Assembly: GCA_951406725.2 (NCBI GenBank)
Contig: OX597832.1
Location: 62,992,001-63,056,000, forward strand
Reading direction: 5' to 3'
DNA length: 64,000 nucleotides
DNA from: Octopus vulgaris
Taxonomy: Eukaryota
In this document: one piece after another, positions 38,446 to 50,989 of the stretch
Layout of the letters: the number at the start of each line of letters is the position of its first letter
How positions within the stretch are numbered: the stretch's first letter is position 1
The notes under the pieces: generated by a model
The model's input: the letters and a program-made list of their open reading frames with translations, nothing else
The model's database searches: none
What the model was told of the DNA's origin: nothing
Made by a program: the position numbers and the translations under genes

Positions 38446-40694
38446 AAAAATTTATGATAAAGAAACTGTTTTTCTCATCTTAAACAGAAAATAAGTCGCT
38501 ACATTCAGTATTCTGTTGTTTTTATTTTTTATTTGGCATCGCTTCATGACTTGAAGCAAATTTCGGTCACAATTAATATTCAGCATTGAACGTGCGATTC
38601 CCTTAGCATTTGGAAATATAAAATATGCTTCGAATAAAATCGAAAATAAAATTCAGTAACAATTAACAATGAAAGAATAGATATATATATATATATATAG
38701 AACAGAGAAAGAAAAGAGAGAGAGAACGAGAGAAAGAGAGAGAGAAATACAAAAGGAGAGAGAGAGAGACATTCATATATATTGATACATACACATATAT
38801 GCATACATTTGAATATATATGAATGTAGATATGTATGTACATATATATATGTATATATTTGTGTGTGTATATGTATATATATATATACATCTGTGCATGT
38901 CTATATATATGTGTGTGTGTGAGTGTGTGTGCATGTCTGTGTGTATGTATCTGTGTATATCTATATACATATCTATATGTAACATAAGGTATATATGTAT
39001 GTGTGCATGTGTGTGTGTAAATATATGTATGTGTATGTATATATATATATATGTGTGTGTGTTTGTGTGTGTATATATATATACATATATACATATATAT
39101 ACATATATACATATATATACATATATATATACATATATACATACATACAAACATGCATACGTACGTACATATTTCCGTATGTATGTATGCATGTATGTAT
39201 GTATGTATGAATGTATGTATGTGTGAATGTATGTGTGTTTGTATGTATGTATGCATGCATGCATGTATGTATGTATGTATGTATGTATGTATGTATGTAT
39301 GTATGCATGTATGTATGTACAGATACGAAGTGCTGATTTTTAATATATCATTGCAAGGCATCTAATTAGCTAACCTGCCCAGATTGGAGATGCCACGTAG
39401 TTGAACCTGGAACCACGTGGTTGAGAAGCAGAGTTCTTACCACATAGTCATGCCTTATTTATGATATTTCTACAAGACGGCTAAGAATAAGTCATCAGAC
39501 TCTGTTAAAGTCCAGACGGTCGAAATATCGAAGTCACTATCACTTCTCTCCTCGTAAAAATATCATATACATATATACATACATACATGAGTGTGTATGT
39601 GTGTACGCGTGCGTGTGTGTGTGTGTATATGTTTGTATACGTGTACGTGCATTGGTAACTGGTTTTTCAAACGATTGAAAAAGTACCCAATACGTAATAG
39701 GAAGTGTATACAACCTCTGTTAATACAAAATATGCGTGTGTCTGTCGCTAAGAATTTTATTAAGAATCTAATACGTTTCAGTATTTTCTTTTATTGTTCC
39801 ATAATAAATTTCTCCAAAGCAGAAATATATTATTTCAGTAAAAATGGTGAATTGTTGTGTATGCTTTATAATAATGTTTTACTAAAGATATTATTGAAAA
39901 CAAAATGTTTTAACCGATTTATATTTTTTTTAAATATTGGTTAAATATATTTCAGTAAAAATCATAGAAAAGAAAATTGAAATTAAATAACTAAATATAG
40001 TATATTTTAAAAAATAGAAACAAATTTAGGTTTACACAAAAATTTGAATATCTGAAAAATATTTCAATAAAAAATATTAACAAAAAACTTGTTAAAAATT
40101 GAAAAAACTATAACGTTTTACTTAATATTGATATAATATAATGATTTGCTGAAAATGGCGTAGAATAGCCAAATCATATAACTTTTGTTTTAGTTGTTTT
40201 GGGTTTTCTTAAGATTGTAAAAAGATCTGATAACACCTTTTTGTAAACCTGATAAAACAAGTAAATATTTCCTATGCAAAAAAATAAGAAGTCTGATATT
40301 TATTTTACTAAAATTCAAACATATGAAAATATATTTCTTTAAAACATAAAAATTTAAGACATTGAAATCGATGACACAAAGATTAAAAGAAAGTTTATCA
40401 ATGAATTTAAAGAAAACTTAAATAGTATTTCGATAAAAATATTGACTTTTAATTTTAGATCAAGACCATAAATTTGTTTGAAAGTGGAGATAATCACTTG
40501 AATAAAACTATCATTTCATGGCTGGTATTTGTTTTATCGATACAAAAATAGGTTTGTAAATCCCATTCCATTAATAAGGAATTTATATTTATAATAGTGG
40601 TTTGGACAATATTGCAACATCTAATAACTCAACCATTATTCATTCCTAAGAAATGATAACCTACTGAGGTGTCCCTGTTTATGAATTCGAAACC

Positions 40695-40875
40695 AAATTG
40701 TGACGTAGCTGATAAGACATCACTACCAAATCACAGCAGTTTCACGTGATCGGTCTATTAAACAACCAGCCAACGTCAAGCCGTCGCATTATTAGATATT
40801 CTAGAACCTTGTGCCCTATATAAAGGTGGTTTTGGCAGTATTTACAGCATGTTGAGGCAGCTGCATGACGTCTCC
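40695..40875 (+). promoter_or_regulatory. Candidate Pol II promoter (TATA box plus CRE-like, E-box and GATA motifs)
   Basis: TGACGTAG 40701, TGATAAG 40710, CACGTG 40743, ACGTCA 40773, TATATAAA 40817-40824, TGACGTCT 40866, all in repeat-free sequence. Motif clustering only. Confidence 0.35.
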
Positions 40876-41698
40876 GTTCTCATCATCCGATCCCGCCAAT
40901 TAAGACTGATGACAGATAACAGACAGGAATTTTTTATCACCATGAATATAGCGCAACTACTTTCCGGTTGTTTTGGTCCAGCCATGGATTGCTGTATCAG
41001 TTAACTTGTCGTAAGTCCCAACAGTATGTCTCACGCTGTATGTAATTATTTCTGTTATTATTTGTAAAAGACCAACACAGAAAACGCTACATGCAGTAAT
41101 AAAATCTATTGTTAAATGTTCGTGAGGGTTGTTAGTTACTTCTTCCCACTCCAAGAAATACATTTTCATTCACCAGCAGATGCCACGACTAGTACCATAA
41201 CAACCAAACTCACAATAAATTAAGAGTTCCTGGTTTTAAGGGTATCGCGAAAAACCTGCTTGGAGACCCAACCTTCAGAGTTCTTTAACAGGTCTTAGAA
41301 AAACTGAATGACTGCTGCAGTAAGTGTGTGAATCTGAGAGAGGAATATATTAAATAAAATCATAATTAGCTGATCTTCCTGTATTTTCTTTTACCCAAAG
41401 CCAAGAATTTTCAGCAATCCACATAATTACATATAAATTATTATATCTAAACATAGCAATTCATAGTTTTCTTGTCAACCATTCTTCGTTGAAGTAATTT
41501 TATGAACTGAAACAGCTAAAAATAAGTGGAATTGAAATTTGAAACGCACACATTAACACTGTCCTGTCCAATAGTTTCTTACAAAGTATCATTTTCTGCT
41601 CCAATACATATAGGACTTTTGCTGAAAACTACAAATTTTGAGGAAAGAATAAACTCACTTAAATCCGGTCAAATACTTGACTAATAATATTTTTCGTG

Positions 41699-42113
41699 GG
41701 GGCGGCGAGATGGCAGAATCGTTAGCACGCCGAGCGAAATGCCTAGCGGTATTTCGTCTGCCGTTACGTTCTGAGTTCAAATTCCGCCGAGGTCGACATT
41801 GCCTTTCATCCTATCGGGGTCGATTACGCACTGGTGTCGATATAATCGACTTAATCCGTTTGTCTGTCCTTGTTTGTCCTATCTGTGTTTAGCCCCTTGT
41901 GGGCAATAAAGAAATAAGAATCGTTAGCACACCGGGCAAAATGCGTAGCCGTATTTCGTCTGCCGTTACGTTCTGAAGTCGACTTTCCCTTTCATTGTTT
42001 GGGGGCCGATTAAATAAATACCAGTTACGCACTGGGGTCGATGTAATCGACTCAATCCCTTTGTTCTTGTTTTTCCCATCTATGTTTATCCCCCTGTGGG
42101 CAATAAAGAAATA
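41699..42113 (+). mobile_element. SINE family B head-to-tail dimer flanked by one TSD
   Basis: Full monomer to ~41918, then a 5'-truncated monomer. TATTTTTCGTG at 41688-41698 and 42119-42129. Confidence 0.85.
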
Positions 42114-42422
42114 AATATTATTTTTCGTGACCGAAAACAATATAAAAGTGAAGATGACCTCAGCAAGATTTTAACTCAGACTTTTATGATTTAACTCCAG
42201 AAAATAAAACTACTTAAACCGGAAATCATTAAGTATTCACTCCAACGTCTTATCGTGTCATCTATTTACAGATTTCTCAAGAAAGAATTTCCAAGATGGT
42301 TTTGAGAAACCATAATTTATCATGATTCTGATTTTTAAAATGGTTTTCAGCTTTTCAATAGCAGGTACATGTTTTGAGACGAAACTTATTTTTGTATAAA
42401 TATTTTTGAAATATGAATAGTA

Positions 42423-42616
42423 CCGTATTTGACGGCATATTAAGAGCACTCTTTCTGAAAAATGGCTCAAAAGATCACCTGTTGTCCTATATGCGACGTT
42501 GAGCCTATATTAGATATTTTAACGCACGAAAACCATTTTCCTTTCCGTTCAATATGCGCTACTGAAAATGGGATGCGTCTTATACACACGTGAGTCTTTT
42601 ATGTCACCAAATACGG
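42423..42616. mobile_element. Tc2/pogo-like MITE with TA target duplication
   Basis: TA|CCGTATTTGACGGCATA ... TATGTCACCAAATACGG|TA. CCGTA termini are typical of Tc2-type Tc1/mariner elements. Confidence 0.75.
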
Positions 42617-42794
42617 TATGTTTTTTTTGTTCTTTTTTTTTTCAAAATACTTACTGATGTCATTAGTATTTAATCTGTATACTTTGTGAGTGTAAAAGTC
42701 ATCCAGTTATTTTCTGCTACGTTCGAGGTACATTCCCAGCTACGACACAGCGACTATCTTTTAACAACAGATAGATGCAGGCATGGTTGTAAAT

Positions 42795-43410
42795 AGGTGC
42801 CAGCATGGTTCCATGGTTAAGAAGCTGGCTTTGCAGCCGCGTAGTTTCGGTTTCAGTCCCACCGCACGGCTCATGAGGCAGGTATCTTATATAGCCCTAG
42901 TCGACCAATGATTTGCAAATGAATTTTGTGGACGGAAACTGTGTGGAAACCTGTCACTTATAATAAATATGCGTGTGTACGTGTGTGCGCGAATGTGTGT
43001 GCGAGTGAGCGCGAGTGTGTGTGCGTGTGTAAGCGAGTGTGTGTGCGTGTGTGCGAGTGTATGTGTGTGTGCGTGTGTGCGTGTGTTCGAGTGTGTGTGC
43101 GTGTGTAAGCGAGTGTGTGTGCGTGTGAGCGAGTGTGTGTGCGTGTGAATGAGTGTGTGTGCGTGTATAAGCGAGTGTGTGTGCGTGTGTGCACGAGTGT
43201 GTGTGCGTGTGCGCGCGAGTGTCTGTGCGTGTGTTTGTATGTGTCTCCCTAATATAGCCGTTCGGCAAAATGAACCGATAGAATAAGTATCAAATTTCAA
43301 AAATAAAAAGTACTGAAGTTGATTTGTTCGACTTAAACTCCCCTCCCCACCTCCAAGGCGATGCTCCAGTATAGCCGCAGCCCAATGAATGAAACAAGTA
43401 AAACCTAAAA
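42795..43410 (+). mobile_element. SINE family A with an expanded, complex internal TG-derived repeat
   Basis: Degenerate head, ~270 bp of GCGAGTGTGTGTGCGTGT-type units, 3' half ending GAAACAAGTAAAA. Confidence 0.75.
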
Positions 43411-43639
43411 CATAAAATACACTTCGTTGGTGACCGATACAATCAAGGGACACCTTGATAATAATACTAATTCTTCTGCGTATAGAGTCACAGATTGCGA
43501 AACATCCTTTGAAGCCGCTAAAAAAACCAGTTGTTGGAATTCGATAAAAATATTCTGCCAACATTCTCATGTGGATTTGTTTCCAGGACACTCTTCATAT
43601 AATTAGCGATGATCAAAGAAAACAATTCAGCGTTTTACC

Positions 43640-44075
43640 GTTTATCTTTTATATGTTGCAGTCATACTGCAGCGCCGCTTTGGAGAGCCCTGGTCGAACA
43701 GATCGACTCCAAGACATACGTTTTTTAAGTTATTCCCGACTGCTACGTAACACGAATGTAAACAAACCAACACCGATTGCCAAGCGGTAGAGGGATGCAA
43801 ACACAAACACAAACACAACACGCATACACACACGTACACAAACATACACACGTGGTTAAAATTAGTTATATATAAGACGCATGTGTGGCTGTATGATAAG
43901 AAGCTTGCTTCACACCACATAGTTCTAGGTCCAGTCCCGCTGCGTGACACCTCGGGCAAGAGTCTTCTACTACAACCTCGGGCGACCAAAGCTTTGTAAG
44001 TGGATTTGGTAGACGGAAACCCTTCAAGGCCGTGTACAGCATGGCCGCACTCCAAGGACTTAAACAAGTAAAAGA
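43640..44075. mobile_element. Two divergently oriented SINE family A pieces
   Basis: A 3' half on the minus strand (~43640-43830) and an internally deleted copy on the plus strand (~43876-44075). Confidence 0.7.
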
Positions 44076-45112
44076 TGAAAGATCATAAAATAAATTGCTG
44101 TGTGATTTAGGTTCGAGCACCGAATAAATTTTGTATATTATTTAATACACCTTGAGTAAAAATAAGATTTAGGAAAGCTAGAAGTTATCATTTGTTAAAT
44201 ACTGTGCTACGAGAGAGAGAGAAAAAACTAAAGATCCGACATCAGCGTCAAAACTGCATTCGTAAAAGGCTAATTTCAGCTCTCGTGAAAAACTAGTGTA
44301 TTTTGTTGACTTGTGACATTAATGTGTGTTTGTTTTGTATGTTTTTTTAATATTAAAAGACATCTTTCGAAATTCTGAATAACAAAGGAAAAAATATTGC
44401 TACCAAAAAAATGAGAACCTCAAATAAATTTTACTGAAGTACAAATATATTAAATATATTTCAAGAGAACTCTTAAAACTTAAAATAAAATGTCACTAAA
44501 AAAATCGGCCATATTTGTTTTACTAAAATTTTAAGCATAAATATATTTTATATTAAAAAAAAGTCATATATCATGAATATATTTTATTAAAAAAAATAGA
44601 ATATATTATATCAATATATTTTAACCAAAAATAGAAATATATCGAATATACTTTATAAACAAATTGAAATTATATAAGTATATTTAACAAACAATATTTA
44701 AATGACAGCTACATATATTTTTAGAGAAAGTTAGTATAACGGAAATATAATTCTCTGAAAGTTCAACAAAAATTAGAAATATTTTTCATCAAATGTTGAC
44801 AATATATTATTTCTACAATTTGAAAAATCAACTCAACAATAATAACGTCAACATCAAATTACCATCATCACTATCAACATCATCACTTCACATCACTGAT
44901 GAAAACATAAAAACCGAAACTGTTTCAATCAAACATTATTAAATTAAGGTCAGAAAAATGGGTGCATATCTAAATGTGTGTGTGTCTGTACATAAGTACA
45001 TACACGCGCACATACACAAACACACGCACACACACACGCACACACACACACACACATAAATATAGGTTGGGTTATATGGCTCAGTGGTTAGAGCATCGAA
45101 CGCAACAAGTGA

Positions 45113-45445
45113 AGGCGCATGGCTCAGTGGTTAGAGCATCGGGCTCACAACCATGAGGTTGTGAGTTCAATTTCTGGACCTGGTTGTGTGTTTTGTTCTT
45201 GAGCAAGACACTTTATTTCACGTTGCTCCAATTCACTCAGCAGTAGAATAGAGTTGCGTCGTCACTGGTGCCAAGTTATATCGGCCGCTTTGCCTTTCCC
45301 TTGAATAACATCGGGGCGTGGAGAGGAAGAGGTTGATATGCATGGGCGACTGCTGGTCTCCCACAAACAACCTTGTCTGGACTTGTGCCTCGCAGGGGAA
45401 CTTTCTAAGTGCAATCTCGTGGTCATTCATGAATGAAGGGGTCAT
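45113..45445 (+). mobile_element. tRNA-derived CORE-like SINE family C, preceded by a duplicated head fragment (45068-45100)
   Basis: GGCGCATGGCTCAGTGGTTAGAGC, GAGTTCAATTTC, TTCTTGAGCAAGACACTTTATTTCACG. Colinear with 47922-48250. Confidence 0.85.
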
Positions 45446-45634
45446 TATACCGGGTGAGTGAAAAGTAGCGCTCAGTTTCTGAGAAGTTATACTTTTGTAT
45501 AAATATACGAGTGAGTAGACAAACGAAAGAAAAAACGCACTCAATACATTTAGCAGGAGTTACAGGTATTATTATATAAAGCAGTTTTATTCGGCTCTAT
45601 ACCGCTTAAAGTTTCGCCGGCCGCTAACTGAGAC

Positions 45635-45721
<87 letters not shown>

Positions 45722-45796
45722 TAATATAATAATAATAATAATAATATATAATGATAATAGTAATAATTATAATAATAATAAATATAAACACTATAG

Positions 45797-45836
<40 letters not shown>

Positions 45837-46091
45837 TATATATTTTTTATTTATATTATTATATGATTGAACGCCACGCATCTATTTCCAAGTAAGTTTA
45901 TCTTAATAATTTTGATGCGACTCTGCTCTGTACTGTCCTCTCTCTCTCTCCCTATCGTTTCCCTCTCTTCCTTTCTCTAATTCTTTTTTCTCCCTTTCTC
46001 CCCCTTTCGTTATTTCTCTCTCATCCATTCTCTAATTTGTTTCTCCCCTTCACCGTTTTCTATCTATCTCTCTCCCTCCCTTTTTCTTCTT

Positions 46092-46139
<48 letters not shown>

Positions 46140-46199
46140 ACTCACATTTGACCATCGTCCATCTTTCTTTCCCTCACGTGATCATCTTTTACTCTGTCT

Positions 46200-46605
46200 T
46201 ACAGACCAGACGCATTCTTATCTGTCTCCTCTTCTCCTCTTCTATCTTTTCTCTTGTCAAAGACAATATTCCTCCAGCGTTCGCTACCTTACCTCGTCTG
46301 GCCTAACAACCCTCTATGTTTGTTTCTATTTCGTTTGTTGTATGGCTCCACTGTCATGTATTAGTTACCAAGTTTCACTCTCTGCAAATCCCAAATTTCA
46401 TTTTGGTTCGCGGGAGCAACTGCCTTTCGAAACCTTATATTGTCGTTAATTGCGCGAAATGATGAGTATATGGACGGCCGACAACTGATGACGGTTCGTT
46501 CTTTATGTTGTCTTGTTTTCCGTTTGTTTCTCTCGTTGTTCGCATACCCAAATTTACCTTTGTATTTCATGTTGTTTACGTTTTGTGACGTCCTGTACCC
46601 ATATA

Positions 46606-46608
<3 letters not shown>
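46200..46608 (+). mobile_element. Penelope-like derived non-autonomous element ending at (TA)n
   Basis: ACAGACCAGACGCATTCTTATCTG...LFSSS...VKDNIP resembles the PLE RT thumb motif (TDSHSYLxFxSxHPxxxKxxIP). The downstream part is colinear with 47600-47920 and includes CCGACAACTGATGA. Confidence 0.5.
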
Positions 46609-46667
<59 letters not shown>

Positions 46668-46703
46668 AGTACATATATGTATGTATATATGCATATATAT
46701 ATA

Positions 46704-47085
46704 CTAGCAGTATCGCCCGGCGTTGCTCGGGTTTGTAAGGAAATAACTATAAAGCATATTATAGAGAGTTATAGCCAAAAAATAGCAAAAAAATGGGAAA
46801 AAATGATGGTAAATTTTGTTTTGATAGTTAAAAAGGTCGAGTTGCGTCCCCTAGACCATCTGTGGTTTGTTTCTGATTGTCGACCCCATGTCGAATTTAT
46901 CGATCTTTTTCAGAACTGGGGGAACTTTTCAAAATTTTCGCTGCGTTAGTTTTGAATTATGACATTGGGCTATGTGTGTGTCAAGTTTCATCAGAATCGG
47001 TTGAAAGCCGTGGTCAGAGTGAGGGTACAACCAAACAGACACACAGAAACACACACAGACAAACTGCCGTTTATATAGAGAGAGA
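46704..47085 (-). mobile_element. Non-autonomous Helitron (second copy)
   Basis: Reverse complement of 20184-20565. TC...CCCGAGCAACGCCGGG...CTAG termini, inside (TA)n. Confidence 0.88.
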
Positions 47086-47124
47086 TTATATATATACATT
47101 ATGTATATATATATTATATATGTA

Positions 47125-47189
<65 letters not shown>

Positions 47190-47191
<2 letters not shown>

Positions 47192-47560
47192 CGTGGGTGT
47201 GTGGTAAGAAACTTGCTTCCCAACCACATGGTTCCGGGTTCAGTCTCACTACGCGTCACCTTGGGCAGGTGTCTTCTGCTTTAGCCTCAGGCAGACCAAC
47301 GCCTTGTGAGTGGGTTTGGTAGACGGAGGCTGAAAGAATCCCGTCGTGCATATATCTATATATATTTATGTGCGTGTGTGTCTTTGTGTTTGTGTTTGTC
47401 TCCCTACCACCACCATCGCTTGACAACCGATATTGGTGTATTTATGTCCCCGAAACTTAGCGGTTCGGCAAAATTGACCGATAGAATAAGTACTAGGCTT
47501 GCAAAGAATAAGGCGTGGGGTCGATTTGTTCGACTGAAACGCGTAAAACAAGTAAAAAAG
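47190..47560 (+). mobile_element. SINE family A
   Basis: GTGTGGTAAG...GGTTCCGGGTTCAGTC...CCTTGGGCAGGTGTCTTC...GACAACCGA...AAACAAGTAAAA. Confidence 0.85.
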
Positions 47561-47599
47561 TAAATACTAAATAGGTGTGTGTGCATATATATATATATT

Positions 47600-47920
47600 G
47601 GACCACTATTTTCCTCTCGTTCTAATCTAACGACCCTCCGTGTTTGTTTTGGTTCGGCTTCCTTGTACTTCTCCATTGTCATGTTTTTGTTCCCATCTTT
47701 GACCCTCCATAAATCCTAAATTGGATTTTAGAATTTATGGGACCAATTGCTTTTGATGACTCATATTGTCGTTGAATGATCGAAATGAGGAGTAGATAGA
47801 TAGCCGACAACTGATGAAGGTTCCTTTCTCTGTGTTCACTTGTCCTGTTTTCCCTTGTTTTTATCCTTGTTTACGTATTTCATGTTATTTGCACCATTGG
47901 TGATGTCTTGTACCCATATA
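47600..47920 (+). mobile_element. Second copy of the element at 46200-46608
   Basis: Shared ATATTGTCGTT...CGAAATGA.GAGTA...GCCGACAACTGATGA...TGTACCCATATA. Confidence 0.6.
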
Positions 47921-47921
47921 C

Positions 47922-48250
47922 GCATGGCTCAGTAGTTAGAGCGTCGAGCTTACGATCGTGAGGTTGTGAGTTCGATTCCCGGACCGGGCTACGTGTTGTG
48001 TTCTTGAGAAAGGCACTTTATTTCACGTTGCTCCAGTTCACTCAGCTGTAGAAATGAATTGCGACATCACTGGTGCCAAGCTGTATCGGCCTCATTGCCT
48101 TTCCCTTGGATAACATCAGTGACATGGAGAGGGGAGGCTAGTATGCATGGGCAACTGCTGGCCTTCCACAAACAACCTTGCACAGACTTGTGCCTCGGAG
48201 GGTAACTTTCTAGGTGAAATCCTGTGGTCATTCATGACCAAAGGGGGTCT
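47922..48250 (+). mobile_element. SINE family C
   Basis: GCATGGCTCAGTAGTTAGAGCG...GAGTTCGATTCCC, CORE-like segment, tail GGTCATTCATGACC.AAGGGGGTC. Confidence 0.85.
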
Positions 48251-48296
48251 CCTCATATATGTATATGTTATTTCATATTATATTATATATTATTTA

Positions 48297-48346
<50 letters not shown>

Positions 48347-48558
48347 ATATATATAATTGTATATATATATATATATAAATTTATATATGAGGATAATATC
48401 GATATTTAAGTATCAATATTATCTAGTGGCCAGCATGGAAAAAATACCGTACAAAGGTAATAATTTTTAACAATTAAAAATGAGGGTGTCTAAGAGATAC
48501 CAACATGCCGAAATAGCAGTCGAAATTCTGACTCTAAAACCACGTTAATATATATAGG

Positions 48559-48589
<31 letters not shown>

Positions 48590-48667
48590 GTACATATTTA
48601 GTGTTTACTGTTGGGAAAAAGTTCTCAAAGCCATAGTAAACGTGGAGATTAATAACAATATATTTTA

Positions 48668-48767
48668 TTTTGGTCGACCCAGTCCCTTGCTATTCTGATT
48701 TTCACCTGTGGGTGTACGGAGCCTTCGGGCGAAAACCCAGAATAGCAATAAACTGACTCGACCAAAA
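48668..48767 (+). other. ~100-nt imperfect hairpin (pre-miRNA-like or MITE remnant)
   Basis: TTTTGGTCGA..CAGT...TTGCTATTCTG.TTTTCACCTGTGGGT[GTACGGA]GCCTTCGGGCGAAAA..CAGAATAGCAA...ACTG..TCGACCAAAA. Confidence 0.5.
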
Positions 48768-48776
48768 CAATATGTG

Positions 48777-48849
<73 letters not shown>

Positions 48850-49026
48850 GTGTGTGTAAGTCTCATTGTTGCTATCTTTTTCGCCTTTTTGCTGCCTCCA
48901 GCCATAATAAATTAACTGCCACTAAACTCAGGGAACTTAATTGAAAACTCGGTCCATGTTTTTCGCAAGACGTTGAAGTCGCAGCAACAAGAGCAAGAAC
49001 AGTAGCGGCGGCAGCAGCAGCAGCGT

Positions 49027-49068
<42 letters not shown>

Positions 49069-49082
49069 CAGTAGCAGCAGTG

Positions 49083-49138
<56 letters not shown>

Positions 49139-49181
49139 TGTTGTTGTTGTTGTTGTTGTAGCAGTAGCAGCAGCAGTGGTT

Positions 49182-49248
<67 letters not shown>

Positions 49249-49267
49249 CAGTAGTAGTAGTAGTAGT

Positions 49268-49342
<75 letters not shown>

Positions 49343-49855
49343 GGTGGTGGTGGTGGTGGTGGTGGTGGTGGTAGTATTATTATTATTATTATTATTATTA
49401 GTAGTAGTAGAAGTAGTGTTAGAAACAGCAGCAACATCAATGTTTTTTGAGGCTTTTGTTTTTTTTTTCGTTTGTTTCTTTCCGCTTGTTTGTTGTTGTT
49501 TTTTTATATTTCATTCCAGAAATAAATATACAAAAATAAAAAAGAACCCCGATTATTATAAAAGGTAATAACTTCGTGACAGAAGGCATTTACTCCGTAA
49601 TAAGTTCATCACGTAATACAGCAGTCATCAAATAATAACATTACGGGAATATAACAGGAGCTTAGTCAGACGATAATCTTTATTTAGAAACAATATAATC
49701 CCGTGTTTATAATGTTTTATTTTAAGATAGTGTTGGCGAAATTATGACAAACTTATCGTATCCCATATCGCATCACAATTTATTTTACTACAAATAGCTC
49801 AAAGGTATAATTTACAGAATGGATTTCCGAACGAAATAGTGGTGGTGGTGGTGGC

Positions 49856-49922
<67 letters not shown>

Positions 49923-50062
49923 ACAGCAATAACAATAATAATAACAATTATTTTTTTGTTGTTGTTGATCATGATTTTGTTGTTGTTGCTTCTGTTGTTC
50001 TTGTTGATGCTGTTGTTGATGATGATGATGATGAGGAGGAGGAGGAGGGGGGAGGATGTTGG

Positions 50063-50101
<39 letters not shown>

Positions 50102-50989
50102 GGATGAGGATGATGATGAGGATGAGGATGATGATGAGGATGATGATGATGATGAGGATGATCATGATGGTGATGATGATGGCTTTGTTGTTGTTGTTAT
50201 AAAGTCTGAAATGAAATTATTTAAACACCAGTAGATTTATTGGTGGTGGTGTGTGTGGGGGGATGACAGAATCGCTTGTTCCAATAATGAAGAAATTAAC
50301 ATGATTTATCTATAAACGAATGACGGATTCTTGACTATAATCTGGAAAGTGTTTACGAAGCAATAATATGGATGCCCAGAGGTGACAAGATAAGAAATAT
50401 GTTATCGTCTGCTTTAGAAAAAATTATTGTAGGCTTCGTTACTGTGTGTTTGGGGTTCTTTTTTTTTTTGTGGGAAGGACATTTTTGTGTAGGTTTGGGG
50501 TATTTTCGTGTATGAATCACAAATATATATGACTAAACAAGTTAATAAAATGATAAATCAAAAAACAAATAAACAAAATGAAGAATTGTTTTTCGATTTT
50601 TTGTTCAGCATTGTGTATTGTAATAAAGAAACTGAAGTGTATTGATAAATAATTCTAAATAAATAACAGTGTAAAAAAAAACACAAGAGTTAAAATAAAA
50701 TTGTATATTCTTTTAGAAATATTGCAAAATAGAAAATATGGCGATTTGTTCTGAATACACGCAGTTGGCTTCCATGTTTCAAGACATATAACAATAAAGA
50801 GATGTGTAACTCTCATAATCAATAAAGTTACATGGAACAAACCCAACCGAAGACACGACTGTCGCTTTTGTTTCACAAGTACGATACAAGGAATAAGACC
50901 AAAACACTTGGTGATCACCAGCACAGTTCACTTGGTCCTAAATAGGAACAACAACATCGTATTTATCGTCATTCGAAGCAGCAAATATA

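Noticed and set aside
45113-45185. tRNA-like heads of SINE families A-E as tRNA genes
   Set aside because: They have A/B boxes but no complete acceptor stem or terminator and continue into SINE bodies.
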